Counted from the stretch's first letter, positions 29,715-38,132 are shown. The stretch: 64,000 bases of DNA from Bacteroidales bacterium (GCA_020201035.1 JAIVHO010000002.1:77882-141881); one strand, 5' to 3'. Program-made: numbers and translations. The notes: generated by a model from the sequence alone, not told the origin.

Positions 29715-30212
29715 CTATTTGATCTCCTTTGGCTTGATCATTTTAAATTCGAGACACTGCAGCTGCGGAATATCTGCCCAGCTGTCGGCATCAAATGTTA
29801 TTATTGCCGTCCCGGTTGTGGGGAGGAAGGTGGTGGCACCGCCGCTCAGCAGGTAGGCCATATCAGTAATCCCCGGATTGTGCCCTACAAGAAAGACAGT
29901 CTGCGTTTCATCAGGCAGGGGTGCAATCTCAGACATAATAGAGTCTGTAGTGCAATGATAAAGGTTGTCCAGAACATTGGTAATTCCGCTTCCAACTCTC
30001 ATGGCACGGGCAAGGATAAGTGCAGTGTGGCTGGCACGTGCGGCCGGACTGGTTAATATCCTGTCAGGGATGATCTTCTCCTCAACCAGTTTATATCCGA
30101 TCTTATACCCGTCATATACACCCCGTTCTGCCAGAACCCTGTCAATATCCTTTTTAAAGGTGTCAACCGGCACAGCTTTACCATGCCTGATAAGCACGAT
30201 TGTTCTCTTCAT
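29715..30212 (-). CDS. sixA: SixA-type phosphohistidine phosphatase (histidine phosphatase superfamily)
   Basis: 165 aa. The RHG motif (VLIRHGKA) and a VGHNP motif. Confidence 0.72.
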   Translation of the reverse strand: MKRTIVLIRHGKAVPVDTFKKDIDRVLAERGVYDGYKIGYKLVEEKIIPDRILTSPAARASHTALILARAMRVGSGITNVLDNLYHCTTDSIMSEIAPLPDETQTVFLVGHNPGITDMAYLLSGGATTFLPTTGTAIITFDADSWADIPQLQCLEFKMIKPKEIK

Positions 30213-30245
30213 ATATCACTCTTTTTTCAATAATGGATACTTTTT

Positions 30246-30411
30246 AACCAAAACCCGGGTACTCAATTTAACCAAAACCCCGATACTCAATTTAACCAAA
30301 ACCCGGGTACTCAATTTAACCAAAACCCCGATACTCAATTTAACCAAAACCCCGAGACTTAACTTAACCAAAACCCCGAGACTCAACTTAACCAAACCCC
30401 CGAGACTCAAC
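30246..30411. repeat. tandem repeat, 24-bp unit x 7 (aaccaaaaccc(g/c)g..actcaa(t/c)tt)
   Basis: Units start at 30246, 30270, 30294, 30318, 30342, 30366 and 30390. The first four alternate gggtac/cgatac (48-bp supra-unit); the last three carry cgagac. Confidence 0.95.
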
Positions 30412-30443
30412 AGCCCCGGTGAAACCACCGGCCATATTTTTTT

Positions 30444-31778
30444 TTACAGAAGCCTGCTGGCAAGCTCTGAAAGGAAACTCCTCTCTCCCTTAATAAGATT
30501 AACGTGTGCAAAAATATCCTGTCCCTTCATCTTGTCGGTAAGGTAGGAGAGTCCGTTCGATCCTGTATCAAGGTATGGGGAGTCAATCTGTTCAATGTCA
30601 CCGGTGAAGATCATCTTGGTGTCCTCGCCGGCACGTGTAATAATTGTCTTTATCTCATGCGGTGTAAGGTTCTGAGCCTCATCAACAATAAAGAAGATGC
30701 TTGAAAGACTCCTTCCCCTGATATAGGCCAGTGGTGTTATTACCAGCTTATCCTCCTTTATCATATCATTGATCCTCATAAACTCGGGGCTCTGATGGCT
30801 GAATTTATGTTTTATCACCGTAAGGTTGTCAAAAAGCGGCTGCATATATGGCTCTATCTTCTCCTTTACATCCCCGGGCAGGTACCCCAGATCGCGGTTG
30901 GCAAGCGGCACAATAGGCCTGGCCAGAAAAATCTGCTTGTACCTCTTGTGTTGCTGAAGGGCGGCAGCCAGTGCCAGAAGTGTTTTACCGGTGCCGGCCT
31001 TGCCGGTAAGCGCAACCAGCTGTATCTCAGGATTGGTGAGAGCCTCAATGGCAAATGTCTGTTCGGCATTCCTGGGATCTATACCGTAGGTTGTCTGTTT
31101 CATTATTCTGACAACCTTTTTGGATACAGGATTGTAGTGGGCGAGGGCACTCGATCCGTTATTCTTGAGAATATAAAACATATGGGTGTTGGGTGCTACC
31201 GGAAGCCCCATCTCTTCAACCGGTATCCCTTCAGGCTCATTGTAGAGCCTGTCAATACGTTCACTCTCAATATTGCTTATGGTCTCAACACCCTTGTACA
31301 GGTCGTCAATGTTGGTAACCTTATCACTCTCATAGTCCTGCGCAACAATACCCAGCGACTTGGATTTCATTCTGAGATTGATATCCTTGGTGATAAGTAC
31401 AACATTTTCTCCCTTGTGCTCATTGCATATGTGATCGGCAATGGCAAGTATCCTGTGGTCAGCGGTCTTTTCAGGAAAGGATTGTGCAACCCTCTCTGAA
31501 AACTCCTTGCCGGTTTCAATAAACAGTGTCCCCAGCTTATCTCCCAGCTTAATGCCCTCATTCAGAAGAGCATCACCTGAAAGCTTATCAAGCTCACGGG
31601 TAAACTCGCGGGCGTTGAAGTTTATCTGATCGTTGCCCTTTTTAAACCGGTCAAGCTCCTCCAGTACTACTATCGGTATAATTATATCATTCTCCTCAAA
31701 ATGGTATATCGCCTTGAAATCGTGAAGCAGTACGTTGGTATCAATTATAAAGATCTTTTTCCTCTTCTTCTTGGTCAT
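30444..31778 (-). CDS. PhoH2-type protein (N-terminal PIN domain fused to a PhoH ATPase)
   Basis: 444 aa. IFIIDTNVLLHD (PIN), Walker A GKAGTGKT, and DEAQN. Confidence 0.88.
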   Translation of the reverse strand: MTKKKRKKIFIIDTNVLLHDFKAIYHFEENDIIIPIVVLEELDRFKKGNDQINFNAREFTRELDKLSGDALLNEGIKLGDKLGTLFIETGKEFSERVAQSFPEKTADHRILAIADHICNEHKGENVVLITKDINLRMKSKSLGIVAQDYESDKVTNIDDLYKGVETISNIESERIDRLYNEPEGIPVEEMGLPVAPNTHMFYILKNNGSSALAHYNPVSKKVVRIMKQTTYGIDPRNAEQTFAIEALTNPEIQLVALTGKAGTGKTLLALAAALQQHKRYKQIFLARPIVPLANRDLGYLPGDVKEKIEPYMQPLFDNLTVIKHKFSHQSPEFMRINDMIKEDKLVITPLAYIRGRSLSSIFFIVDEAQNLTPHEIKTIITRAGEDTKMIFTGDIEQIDSPYLDTGSNGLSYLTDKMKGQDIFAHVNLIKGERSFLSELASRLL

Positions 31779-31891
31779 TATCCTCTTCCTTTCTCTTAAT
31801 TATTCCCGTTGCGATAATAGCAAAAATAGTGCTAACCGGTCTTAATGTGAGATTATATTTTTGTTATTTTACACAATTATTCAACAATTAT

Positions 31892-33199
31892 ATGGATTAC
31901 AGGGAAACAATTGATTACCTATATAGTTCACTTCCTCTATATCAGCGTGTTGGAGCCGCGGCATACAAGTCCGGTCTTGATAATACCATTGCCCTTGACA
32001 ACTACTTCGGCAGGCCACATAAGCGATACAGAACCATACATATAGCAGGAACAAACGGCAAGGGCTCGGTCTCTCATATGCTGGCTTCGGTTATGGCTGC
32101 GGCCCGACTCAAATGCGGTCTCTATACATCCCCTCACCTGCGGGATTTCAGGGAGAGGATTAAGGTTAACGGTACTCCGGTGGAAGAGGATTATGTGGTA
32201 TCATTTGTGGCTGAGCACAAAGAGATCCTGGAACGGATTAAACCCTCCTTTTTTGAGATGACGGCTGCAATGGCATTTGATTACTTCTCACGAGCCGATG
32301 TTGATATCGCAATAATTGAGACGGGTATGGGTGGACGACTCGATTCAACAAATATTGTCACCCCCATAATATCCGTGATTACAAATATTGCACTCGATCA
32401 TACCGCTTTTCTGGGACCTGATCGTCTATCCATTGCAGCAGAGAAGGCGGGTATTATCAAGCAGGGTGTGCCGGTGGTTATAGGTGAAAGTGATCCTGAA
32501 ACAAACCCCCTCTTTGTCCGTATAGCATTCGAAAAGGAGGCACGCGTGAGCTTCGCCGACAGGTTCTTCAGGGCGTCGGTGACTGCTGATGCTGATTCCC
32601 CTGAGACATCACGGTTGACCGTAATGCGTGGTGATAAGCTTGTGATAGACGCAATTCCGTTTCCTCTCCAGGGAAAATACCAGGAGAGAAACGTTCAGAC
32701 GGTGATGGAGGTGCTTGAATCTCTTGCAGGGGAACTGGGGATTACAACTAACCATATATCAGAGGGATTAACAGAGGTGATAACCAACACTTCCCTTGAG
32801 GGTCGGTGGCAGGTGATTCACAGAAAACCGATGGTGATACTCGATACTGCCCATAATGAGGCAGGCCTGAGAAGCACCCTCGCCCAGTTGCATGAGATCC
32901 CCAAGACTGGCCGGTTACGGTTTGTTATCGGGTTTGTTAACGATAAGGATGTTACAGGCTTGCTGAAGCTATTCCCCAGGTCGGCTGCATACTATTTTAC
33001 CCGCTCCTCAGTGCCCAGATCAATGCCCGCAGATGAGCTGGCATCATTTGCCTTGTCAGCCCATCTAAAAGGTAATACCTTTGGTTCGGTAGCCGAGGCA
33101 TACCGTACAGCTATGGAGGAGGCATCACCCGGGGATATAATATATGTCGGGGGCAGTACATATGTTGTGGCAGATTTGCTGACATCCGGGAAGCAGTGA
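31892..33199 (+). CDS. folC: bifunctional folylpolyglutamate synthase / dihydrofolate synthase
   Basis: GTNGKGS P-loop and TSPHL motif. The ATG at 31892 (MDYRETIDYLY) is the plausible start; the ORF-track start at 31829 adds an implausible leader. Confidence 0.88.
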   Translation: MDYRETIDYLYSSLPLYQRVGAAAYKSGLDNTIALDNYFGRPHKRYRTIHIAGTNGKGSVSHMLASVMAAARLKCGLYTSPHLRDFRERIKVNGTPVEEDYVVSFVAEHKEILERIKPSFFEMTAAMAFDYFSRADVDIAIIETGMGGRLDSTNIVTPIISVITNIALDHTAFLGPDRLSIAAEKAGIIKQGVPVVIGESDPETNPLFVRIAFEKEARVSFADRFFRASVTADADSPETSRLTVMRGDKLVIDAIPFPLQGKYQERNVQTVMEVLESLAGELGITTNHISEGLTEVITNTSLEGRWQVIHRKPMVILDTAHNEAGLRSTLAQLHEIPKTGRLRFVIGFVNDKDVTGLLKLFPRSAAYYFTRSSVPRSMPADELASFALSAHLKGNTFGSVAEAYRTAMEEASPGDIIYVGGSTYVVADLLTSGKQ

Positions 33200-33285
33200 T
33201 CCGGTAAACTATGATCTGGTAAGCTGTTATCTGATAAGCTGTGATCTGGTAAGCTGTGATCTGATAAGCTGTGATCCGGGAAGTG
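33181..33285. repeat. tandem repeat, 15-bp unit x 6-7 (gtgatc(t/c)g(g/a)taagct family)
   Basis: Units at 33196, 33211, 33226, 33241, 33256 and 33271, plus a related unit at 33181-33195. The array begins inside the last five folC codons and contains its stop codon. Confidence 0.9.
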
Positions 33286-33477
33286 GATATCTTGTATACT
33301 TAATTCACCTGCTTAGTATCCTGATAGCCGGTAAATGGAGTAGCTCAGTCTCAAATGTTTTTACTAAATTGGTATCCGGAAATGAACCGTTCCCTTTGAT
33401 CAAACGTTTTCTGATATTGTATTAACCGTAATACCTGATCTGTCCACAACTGATAAGGTATCTAAAAACAGACCTTT

Positions 33478-35295
33478 ATGTCATCTGCCAGAGCTGTAAC
33501 CTGTTCCATAGTTTTAATGCTTCTCTTACCTCTCCTGATTTCTGCCCAGGAGAATCAGAAGCTTGTTATACTGCATACAAATGATATGCATTCACGTCTC
33601 GAGGGTTATGCCCCCTCAGGAGAATACTCCCCGCTAACTGTAAACGATGATAATACTACAGGTGGTTTCAGCCGTATAGCCGCCCTTATTGAGAAGGAGA
33701 GATCACAGTTTCCGGAGGGTACATTGGTGGTGGATGCCGGCGACTTTCTTATGGGGACAATCTTTCATCCCCTGGAGGAGAAAACAGGCTTTCAGCTTCC
33801 ATTGATGGCTGAAATGGGTTACGAGGTGATGGCACTGGGTAACCATGAGTTTGATTATGGTCCGGCCACCCTTGCCCGCATAATAGAACGGTCGGCACAG
33901 AATGGCCCCATCCCTCAGCTTCTGCTCGGGAACGGCGATTTTGATGCAAATGATACAAGGGATGACGGTCTTGAGAACCTCTTCAGCAGAGGAGTTATCA
34001 GTCGGACCATGGTGCTTGAAAAAAACGGTCTCAAAATAGGCATCTTTTCACTTATGGGGACTGATGCTGATGAAGTGGCTCCCTATGCACCGCCGGTAAC
34101 ATTCTCCAAACAGACAGCGAGCGCCAGAATGATGGTGAGGGAGCTGAAGAGCAAAGGATGTGACCTTATAATTTGTCTTTCGCACAGCGGACTGGAAAAG
34201 AATAAGAAAGGTGAATGGTCAGGAGAAGATGTTAAGATTGCCTCAAAGGTGAAGGGGATTGATATCATTATCAGCGGCCACAGCCATTCAAAGCTGTCGG
34301 AACCCCTGCGGATAAATGGTGTTACTATTGTTCAGACAGGAAGCTATGGCAGCTCAGTGGGTCGACTTGATCTTGAAGTGTCAGCAGGGGAGGCGGTTGT
34401 GACAGAATACCGGCTGATTCCCGTAGATGACTCTTTTGCCGGCGATCCTGAAGTGCATAGAAGGATTGAGGAGCAGAAAGCTTTAATTGACAGAGAACTA
34501 TTGTCTCCCCTGGGATATGAAATATCAAAACCCCTTATCTCAACGCCCTTTGAGCTTAGTTGTGATGAAAGTCCTGATCTGCTTGAGAAAAGTAATCTGG
34601 GACCACTGGTGGCTGATGCCATCTACAACTATGTAAACAGCAGCAGTGAACGAGGGACCGATATTGCAATGGTTGCCGCCGGGGTGATAAGGGACGCCAT
34701 TGTGCCGGGCACCAACTCCGTGCAGGATATATTCAGGGTGATGTCACTGGGTTCAGGGAATGATGATGTTCCAGGATATCCTATAGCCACGGTATATGTC
34801 ACCGGCAGGGAACTGAAGTCAGTTATTGAAATACTGCTCGTTGCATGGAAATCGAGTCCCTCCAACTACTGCTACTACTCAGGTATAGAGGTGGAGTACG
34901 ATCCTGACAGGTGGCTCCTGAGAAAAATCTCATCGGTGACCTTGAGCCGGAGCGACGGGTCAATGGAGGAGGTTGATTTCTCAAAGAATAATCCCAAGCT
35001 CTATTCCATATCTGCTAACTCTTATATGCTGGAGTTTATCGGGATAATAAAGAAAACCACATTCGGACTTGTAAACGTAGTGCCGAAACTGAGTGATGGT
35101 ACTCCAATGCTCTCCATAACTGATGCCGTGGTTGATTTTGATCCCTCTCAGGAACGGTTTCTGGAGGGGAAGGAGTGGATTGCCCTGACCAGACTGCTGT
35201 CGGAAATGCATGATACGGATGGTGACGGGGTGCCTGATATGAACACCTTCTACCGTAACCCTCCCCTCAGGGTCATCCCTGTGGAACGTGAATAA
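33478..35295 (+). CDS. secreted bifunctional metallophosphatase / 5'-nucleotidase (UshA-like)
   Basis: 605 aa, signal peptide. HTNDMHSRL, GDFLMG and GNHEFD motifs. Confidence 0.85.
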   Translation: MSSARAVTCSIVLMLLLPLLISAQENQKLVILHTNDMHSRLEGYAPSGEYSPLTVNDDNTTGGFSRIAALIEKERSQFPEGTLVVDAGDFLMGTIFHPLEEKTGFQLPLMAEMGYEVMALGNHEFDYGPATLARIIERSAQNGPIPQLLLGNGDFDANDTRDDGLENLFSRGVISRTMVLEKNGLKIGIFSLMGTDADEVAPYAPPVTFSKQTASARMMVRELKSKGCDLIICLSHSGLEKNKKGEWSGEDVKIASKVKGIDIIISGHSHSKLSEPLRINGVTIVQTGSYGSSVGRLDLEVSAGEAVVTEYRLIPVDDSFAGDPEVHRRIEEQKALIDRELLSPLGYEISKPLISTPFELSCDESPDLLEKSNLGPLVADAIYNYVNSSSERGTDIAMVAAGVIRDAIVPGTNSVQDIFRVMSLGSGNDDVPGYPIATVYVTGRELKSVIEILLVAWKSSPSNYCYYSGIEVEYDPDRWLLRKISSVTLSRSDGSMEEVDFSKNNPKLYSISANSYMLEFIGIIKKTTFGLVNVVPKLSDGTPMLSITDAVVDFDPSQERFLEGKEWIALTRLLSEMHDTDGDGVPDMNTFYRNPPLRVIPVERE

Positions 35296-35350
35296 TCAGA
35301 GTGTTTAAGTACATGCTATACAGGAATATAACTTCAATACTGGCATGTTC

Positions 35351-36262
35351 TTACAATACAGGTATGTTATATACGCCAAGGTACTCATTCATATGCTCGT
35401 AGCCCGAAATGGCAACAGCCGCTGAACTGACAAAATCTTTGTCGAGTACCCATTTAACAGCCCCCGGATAGGAAGCCTTTTCACCTCCCGGAGCGTAGGG
35501 GCCTGATGAACAGGTCTTCATGGCAACAATGGCAACCCCTGTTTCAGCTGATCTTGTCAGTTCACTGATAAGTACCTCCTGATCCCATTTTGCTGACCAT
35601 CCCGATAGTGAATGGATAAATGAGCCCGAATGATTGAATGGATGCATAATAACATCCCAGAATCTCTCCCTGTTATTGTGCTTAAGAATATTAAGCTCGT
35701 AATCATGTGATGAAAAGCCATGTGCCCTGTAGATACCCTGACTTTTCTGGCTTTCATAGAATTTCATTACATCCTCGTGAAAAACAAGATATTCAACCTC
35801 CGCGCTGTGGTACAGCATAATATCAATATAGTCGGTGCCGAGAGCATTGAGGCTCTCCTCGGTACGCTTCGACAGGATATCATATATCTCAGCCGAACCC
35901 CTGCGTCCTTTGCCACCATACCTTAATTCACTCTCCTCAAGGTATATCTTGGACTGAATCACTACATTCTTCCTTATATCACTGGTAACCCTGCCCACGA
36001 GCTTCTCATTGTTTCCGTTGGCATAGGCACGACCGGTATCCAGGAAGTTGATACCCCTGTCAATGGCATACCTTATCAATCCTTCATTGTTGGTACGTGA
36101 TGCCCCGAAACAGATCTCCGAGACCATTATTCCGGTATCGCCCAACTTTCTTAAAGGCATGGCGCCTGCCGCCCGTGAAGCCCCTGTTCCCGATAACATA
36201 CCCAGTGCCGCAATGCCTGCACTGCTCTTCCTGATAAACTCCTTCCTTGATATCTTCTTCAT
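35351..36262 (-). CDS. aldo/keto reductase with a Tat-like signal peptide
   Basis: 303 aa. N-terminus SRKEFIRKSSAGIAALG (RK in place of RR). AKR motifs GINFLDTGRAYANG and YHS. Confidence 0.82.
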   Translation of the reverse strand: MKKISRKEFIRKSSAGIAALGMLSGTGASRAAGAMPLRKLGDTGIMVSEICFGASRTNNEGLIRYAIDRGINFLDTGRAYANGNNEKLVGRVTSDIRKNVVIQSKIYLEESELRYGGKGRRGSAEIYDILSKRTEESLNALGTDYIDIMLYHSAEVEYLVFHEDVMKFYESQKSQGIYRAHGFSSHDYELNILKHNNRERFWDVIMHPFNHSGSFIHSLSGWSAKWDQEVLISELTRSAETGVAIVAMKTCSSGPYAPGGEKASYPGAVKWVLDKDFVSSAAVAISGYEHMNEYLGVYNIPVL

Positions 36263-36432
36263 AATATAACTTTTAAGCAGCAGTCCTTCCTGTGATTAAG
36301 CAGGATCACCTGCCGGCAATAATGTTGCATCCTTCAAATATAAGCAGTTCAATCTGTAATATGCCCGTTTTGATATGGATTATGATTTTGCCTTGTTTAA
36401 ATGTAAGAAGTTCATATCGTAATAAGACCCGT

Positions 36433-36546
36433 TTAATCCACCTTCGCGTTCCGCTTCGGCGGACGAGAGGGTGTGGTTAAATTCCCCGGGGCTTGCCCCG
36501 GAAAGAAGGGTCCAGGGCTTGCCCTGGGGGATAATACTATTTATTC
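36433..36546 (+). repeat. direct repeat copy A (97-nt core 36433-36529 identical to copy B) with three tetraloop-capped hairpins
   Basis: Core ttaatccaccttcgcgttccgcttcggcggacgagagggtgtggttaaattccccggggcttgccccggaaagaagggtccagggcttgccctgggg. Hairpins: ccgc[ttcg]gcgg, ccgggg[cttg]ccccgg, ccaggg[cttg]ccctgg. Confidence 0.95.
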
Positions 36547-36770
36547 AGTATAAAGATCTTACAGGTATCAAATATAATCAGTTCATTCTGTAACAGGGCC
36601 CGTTTAAATCTGTGTTATAATATTATACAACACAATTATGAAGCATTTATGGCATACTGCAACCGCTATTCATGGCTAATTCATTGCTGCACCAGACAGC
36701 TGGCTTGATGTTTCTGCTGCTGTTTGAAGCAAAATAGATAACTTTGCAGCCTGATAAATTATTTTTTACC

Positions 36771-36852
36771 AATGAAACGAACATGATATTTTTTAAGCAT
36801 AAATATCACAAAAGAATATGTTTAAAGAATATTATGCGAGAGCGAAGCGGTT
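36771..36852. repeat. left arm of 82-bp inverted repeat (partner 44192-44273)
   Basis: aatgaaacgaacatgatattttttaagcataaatatcacaaaagaatatgtttaaagaatattatgcgagagcgaagcggtt. 80/82 identical to the reverse complement of 44192-44273 by hand alignment. Weaker similarity (attcgtt) continues for about 10 nt inward. Confidence 0.93.
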
Positions 36853-36870
36853 CCATTCGTTCTCAAATTT

Positions 36871-36984
36871 TTAATCCACCTTCGCGTTCCGCTTCGGCGG
36901 ACGAGAGGGTGTGGTTAAATTCCCCGGGGCTTGCCCCGGAAAGAAGGGTCCAGGGCTTGCCCTGGGGTATAATACCATTTATTT
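36871..36984 (+). repeat. direct repeat copy B (97-nt core 36871-36967)
   Basis: Core is identical to 36433-36529. The 3' flank (tataataccatttattt) is related to the copy A flank with mismatches. Confidence 0.95.
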
Positions 36985-37058
36985 AACTTCTTGTAAGATA
37001 ATTACAAAATTTTAAACGTATGAAAAGTATTACAGAAGGCGATATATATATTACCCCT

Positions 37059-37208
37059 GCCGGTTCTGCTTCTGCCGGTACTGCCTCTGACGGTACTGCC
37101 TCTGACGGTTCTGATTCCACCGGTTCTGCTTCCACCGGTACGGCTTCTGCCGGTTCTGATTCCACCGGTTCTGCTTCCGCCGGTTCTGCTTCTGCCGGTA
37201 CTGCAACT
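37059..37208. repeat. tandem repeat, 15-bp unit x 10 (gccggttctgcttct family)
   Basis: Ten contiguous 15-mers counted by hand. The array is stop-free on both strands. It is in frame with the downstream acyltransferase ORF, where it would encode (A/T/D)G(S/T)(A/D)S pentapeptides. Confidence 0.95.
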
Positions 37209-37256
37209 ATCCGGGGCAATCTGAAATCCTTTGCCGGATGGCTGCGAAGAAGCCGG

Positions 37257-37964
37257 ATGCTCTTTCTTGCAAAGTACCTATCAATTGTTTTCAGAACCCG
37301 TAAATCGGCTATCATGGGAGAGTATGATACAGAGGCATGGTCTGACTCCTCGCTGGAGATCCTTAAGCTTCTCGAAAATGCAGGTGCCCGCTTTGATATA
37401 TCGGGACTTAATAGTATCCGGAAGGCAAGGAAACCTGTTGTCTTTATCGGGAATCATATGAGCACCCTTGAGACAATGATACTGCCGGGTCTTATTGCTC
37501 CTGTTACAGATGTTACATTTGTGGTGAAGAAAAGTCTTGTCAGGCACCCTCTGTTTGGCCCGGTAATGAGATCCCGGGATCCTGTTGCCCTTGACAGGGA
37601 AAATCCACGGGAGGACTTTGCCAGAGTAATGAGTGAGGGATCGGAGATTCTGAAAAAGGGACGTTCGGTTGTTATCTTCCCGCAGGGAACCCGTAATTAT
37701 GATTTCAACAGAGAGGAATTTAATACACTTGGCGTAAAACTGGCCGCCAGGAATGATGCAACAGTTATTCCGGTGGCACTGCGAACCGACTTCTGGAAAA
37801 ACGGCTGGCTGGTAAAGGATCTTGGTCCGTTTGACAGGAGCCTGAAAGTTTATTTCCGGTTTGGGGAACCTCTGAAAGCTAAAGGAAGGGAGCGTGAGGT
37901 ACAATCAGAGGTGGTGGAGTTTATCTCTGATAATCTGGCCCTGTGGGGAGTAAGGGTTGAGTGA
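37257..37964 (+). CDS. PlsC-family (lysophospholipid/1-acylglycerol-3-phosphate) acyltransferase; start uncertain
   Basis: FIGNHMSTLE (HX4-acidic), FPQGTR and VIPVAL motifs. Candidate starts are ATG 37257, ATG 37314, or ATG 37020 if the repeat-encoded low-complexity N-terminus is real. Confidence 0.7.
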   Translation: MLFLAKYLSIVFRTRKSAIMGEYDTEAWSDSSLEILKLLENAGARFDISGLNSIRKARKPVVFIGNHMSTLETMILPGLIAPVTDVTFVVKKSLVRHPLFGPVMRSRDPVALDRENPREDFARVMSEGSEILKKGRSVVIFPQGTRNYDFNREEFNTLGVKLAARNDATVIPVALRTDFWKNGWLVKDLGPFDRSLKVYFRFGEPLKAKGREREVQSEVVEFISDNLALWGVRVE

Positions 37965-38132
37965 CAATAGCTATTCCGGACTAACATAACCCGGCAGCAA
38001 ATAAAAGAGGCTTTCCTTAAATTCCGGGCAACTTCATCAAAAAAGGTAGTCCGGCAGAAATCTTCTCTTAGGAGAGATGGAATTCCGGCCGGACTAACAA
38101 TTATTTCAAAGTGCTTATAAATCTACACCTTA

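Noticed and set aside
29965-30546. 193-aa + ORF and 70-aa - ORF across the 24-bp array
   Set aside because: The central part is the repeat translated (LNLTKTP..). The 5' part is antisense to sixA and the 3' part is antisense to the PhoH2 C-terminus.
30795-31499. 234-aa ORF antisense to the PhoH2 gene
   Set aside because: It is fully embedded antisense in a well-supported CDS. Its composition is odd (G/L/R-rich) with no motif, typical of a shadow ORF.
36292-36986. 62-aa and 80-aa + ORFs (36292-36480, 36744-36986)
   Set aside because: Both end inside the 97-nt hairpin element, and one runs through the inverted-repeat arm. They are short, with no motif, and are better explained as non-coding repeats.
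28063-37208. CRISPR interpretation of the short-period arrays
   Set aside because: The units are contiguous with no unique spacers, the periods (15 and 24 bp) are far shorter than repeat plus spacer, and there are no cas genes in the window.
36983-37315. 110-aa minus-strand ORF (PAEAEPAEAEP..)
   Set aside because: It is the antisense reading of the 15-bp array and has no independent support.
37281-37904. 207-aa ORF antisense to the acyltransferase gene
   Set aside because: Shadow ORF. The + frame carries the PlsC-family motifs.
37973-38100. Short repeated words (ttccgg..ggactaaca, ccggcag.aaat) between the convergent acyltransferase and CocE-like genes
   Set aside because: The words are 11-13 nt, occur in two copies each, and form no convincing hairpin or terminator structure.
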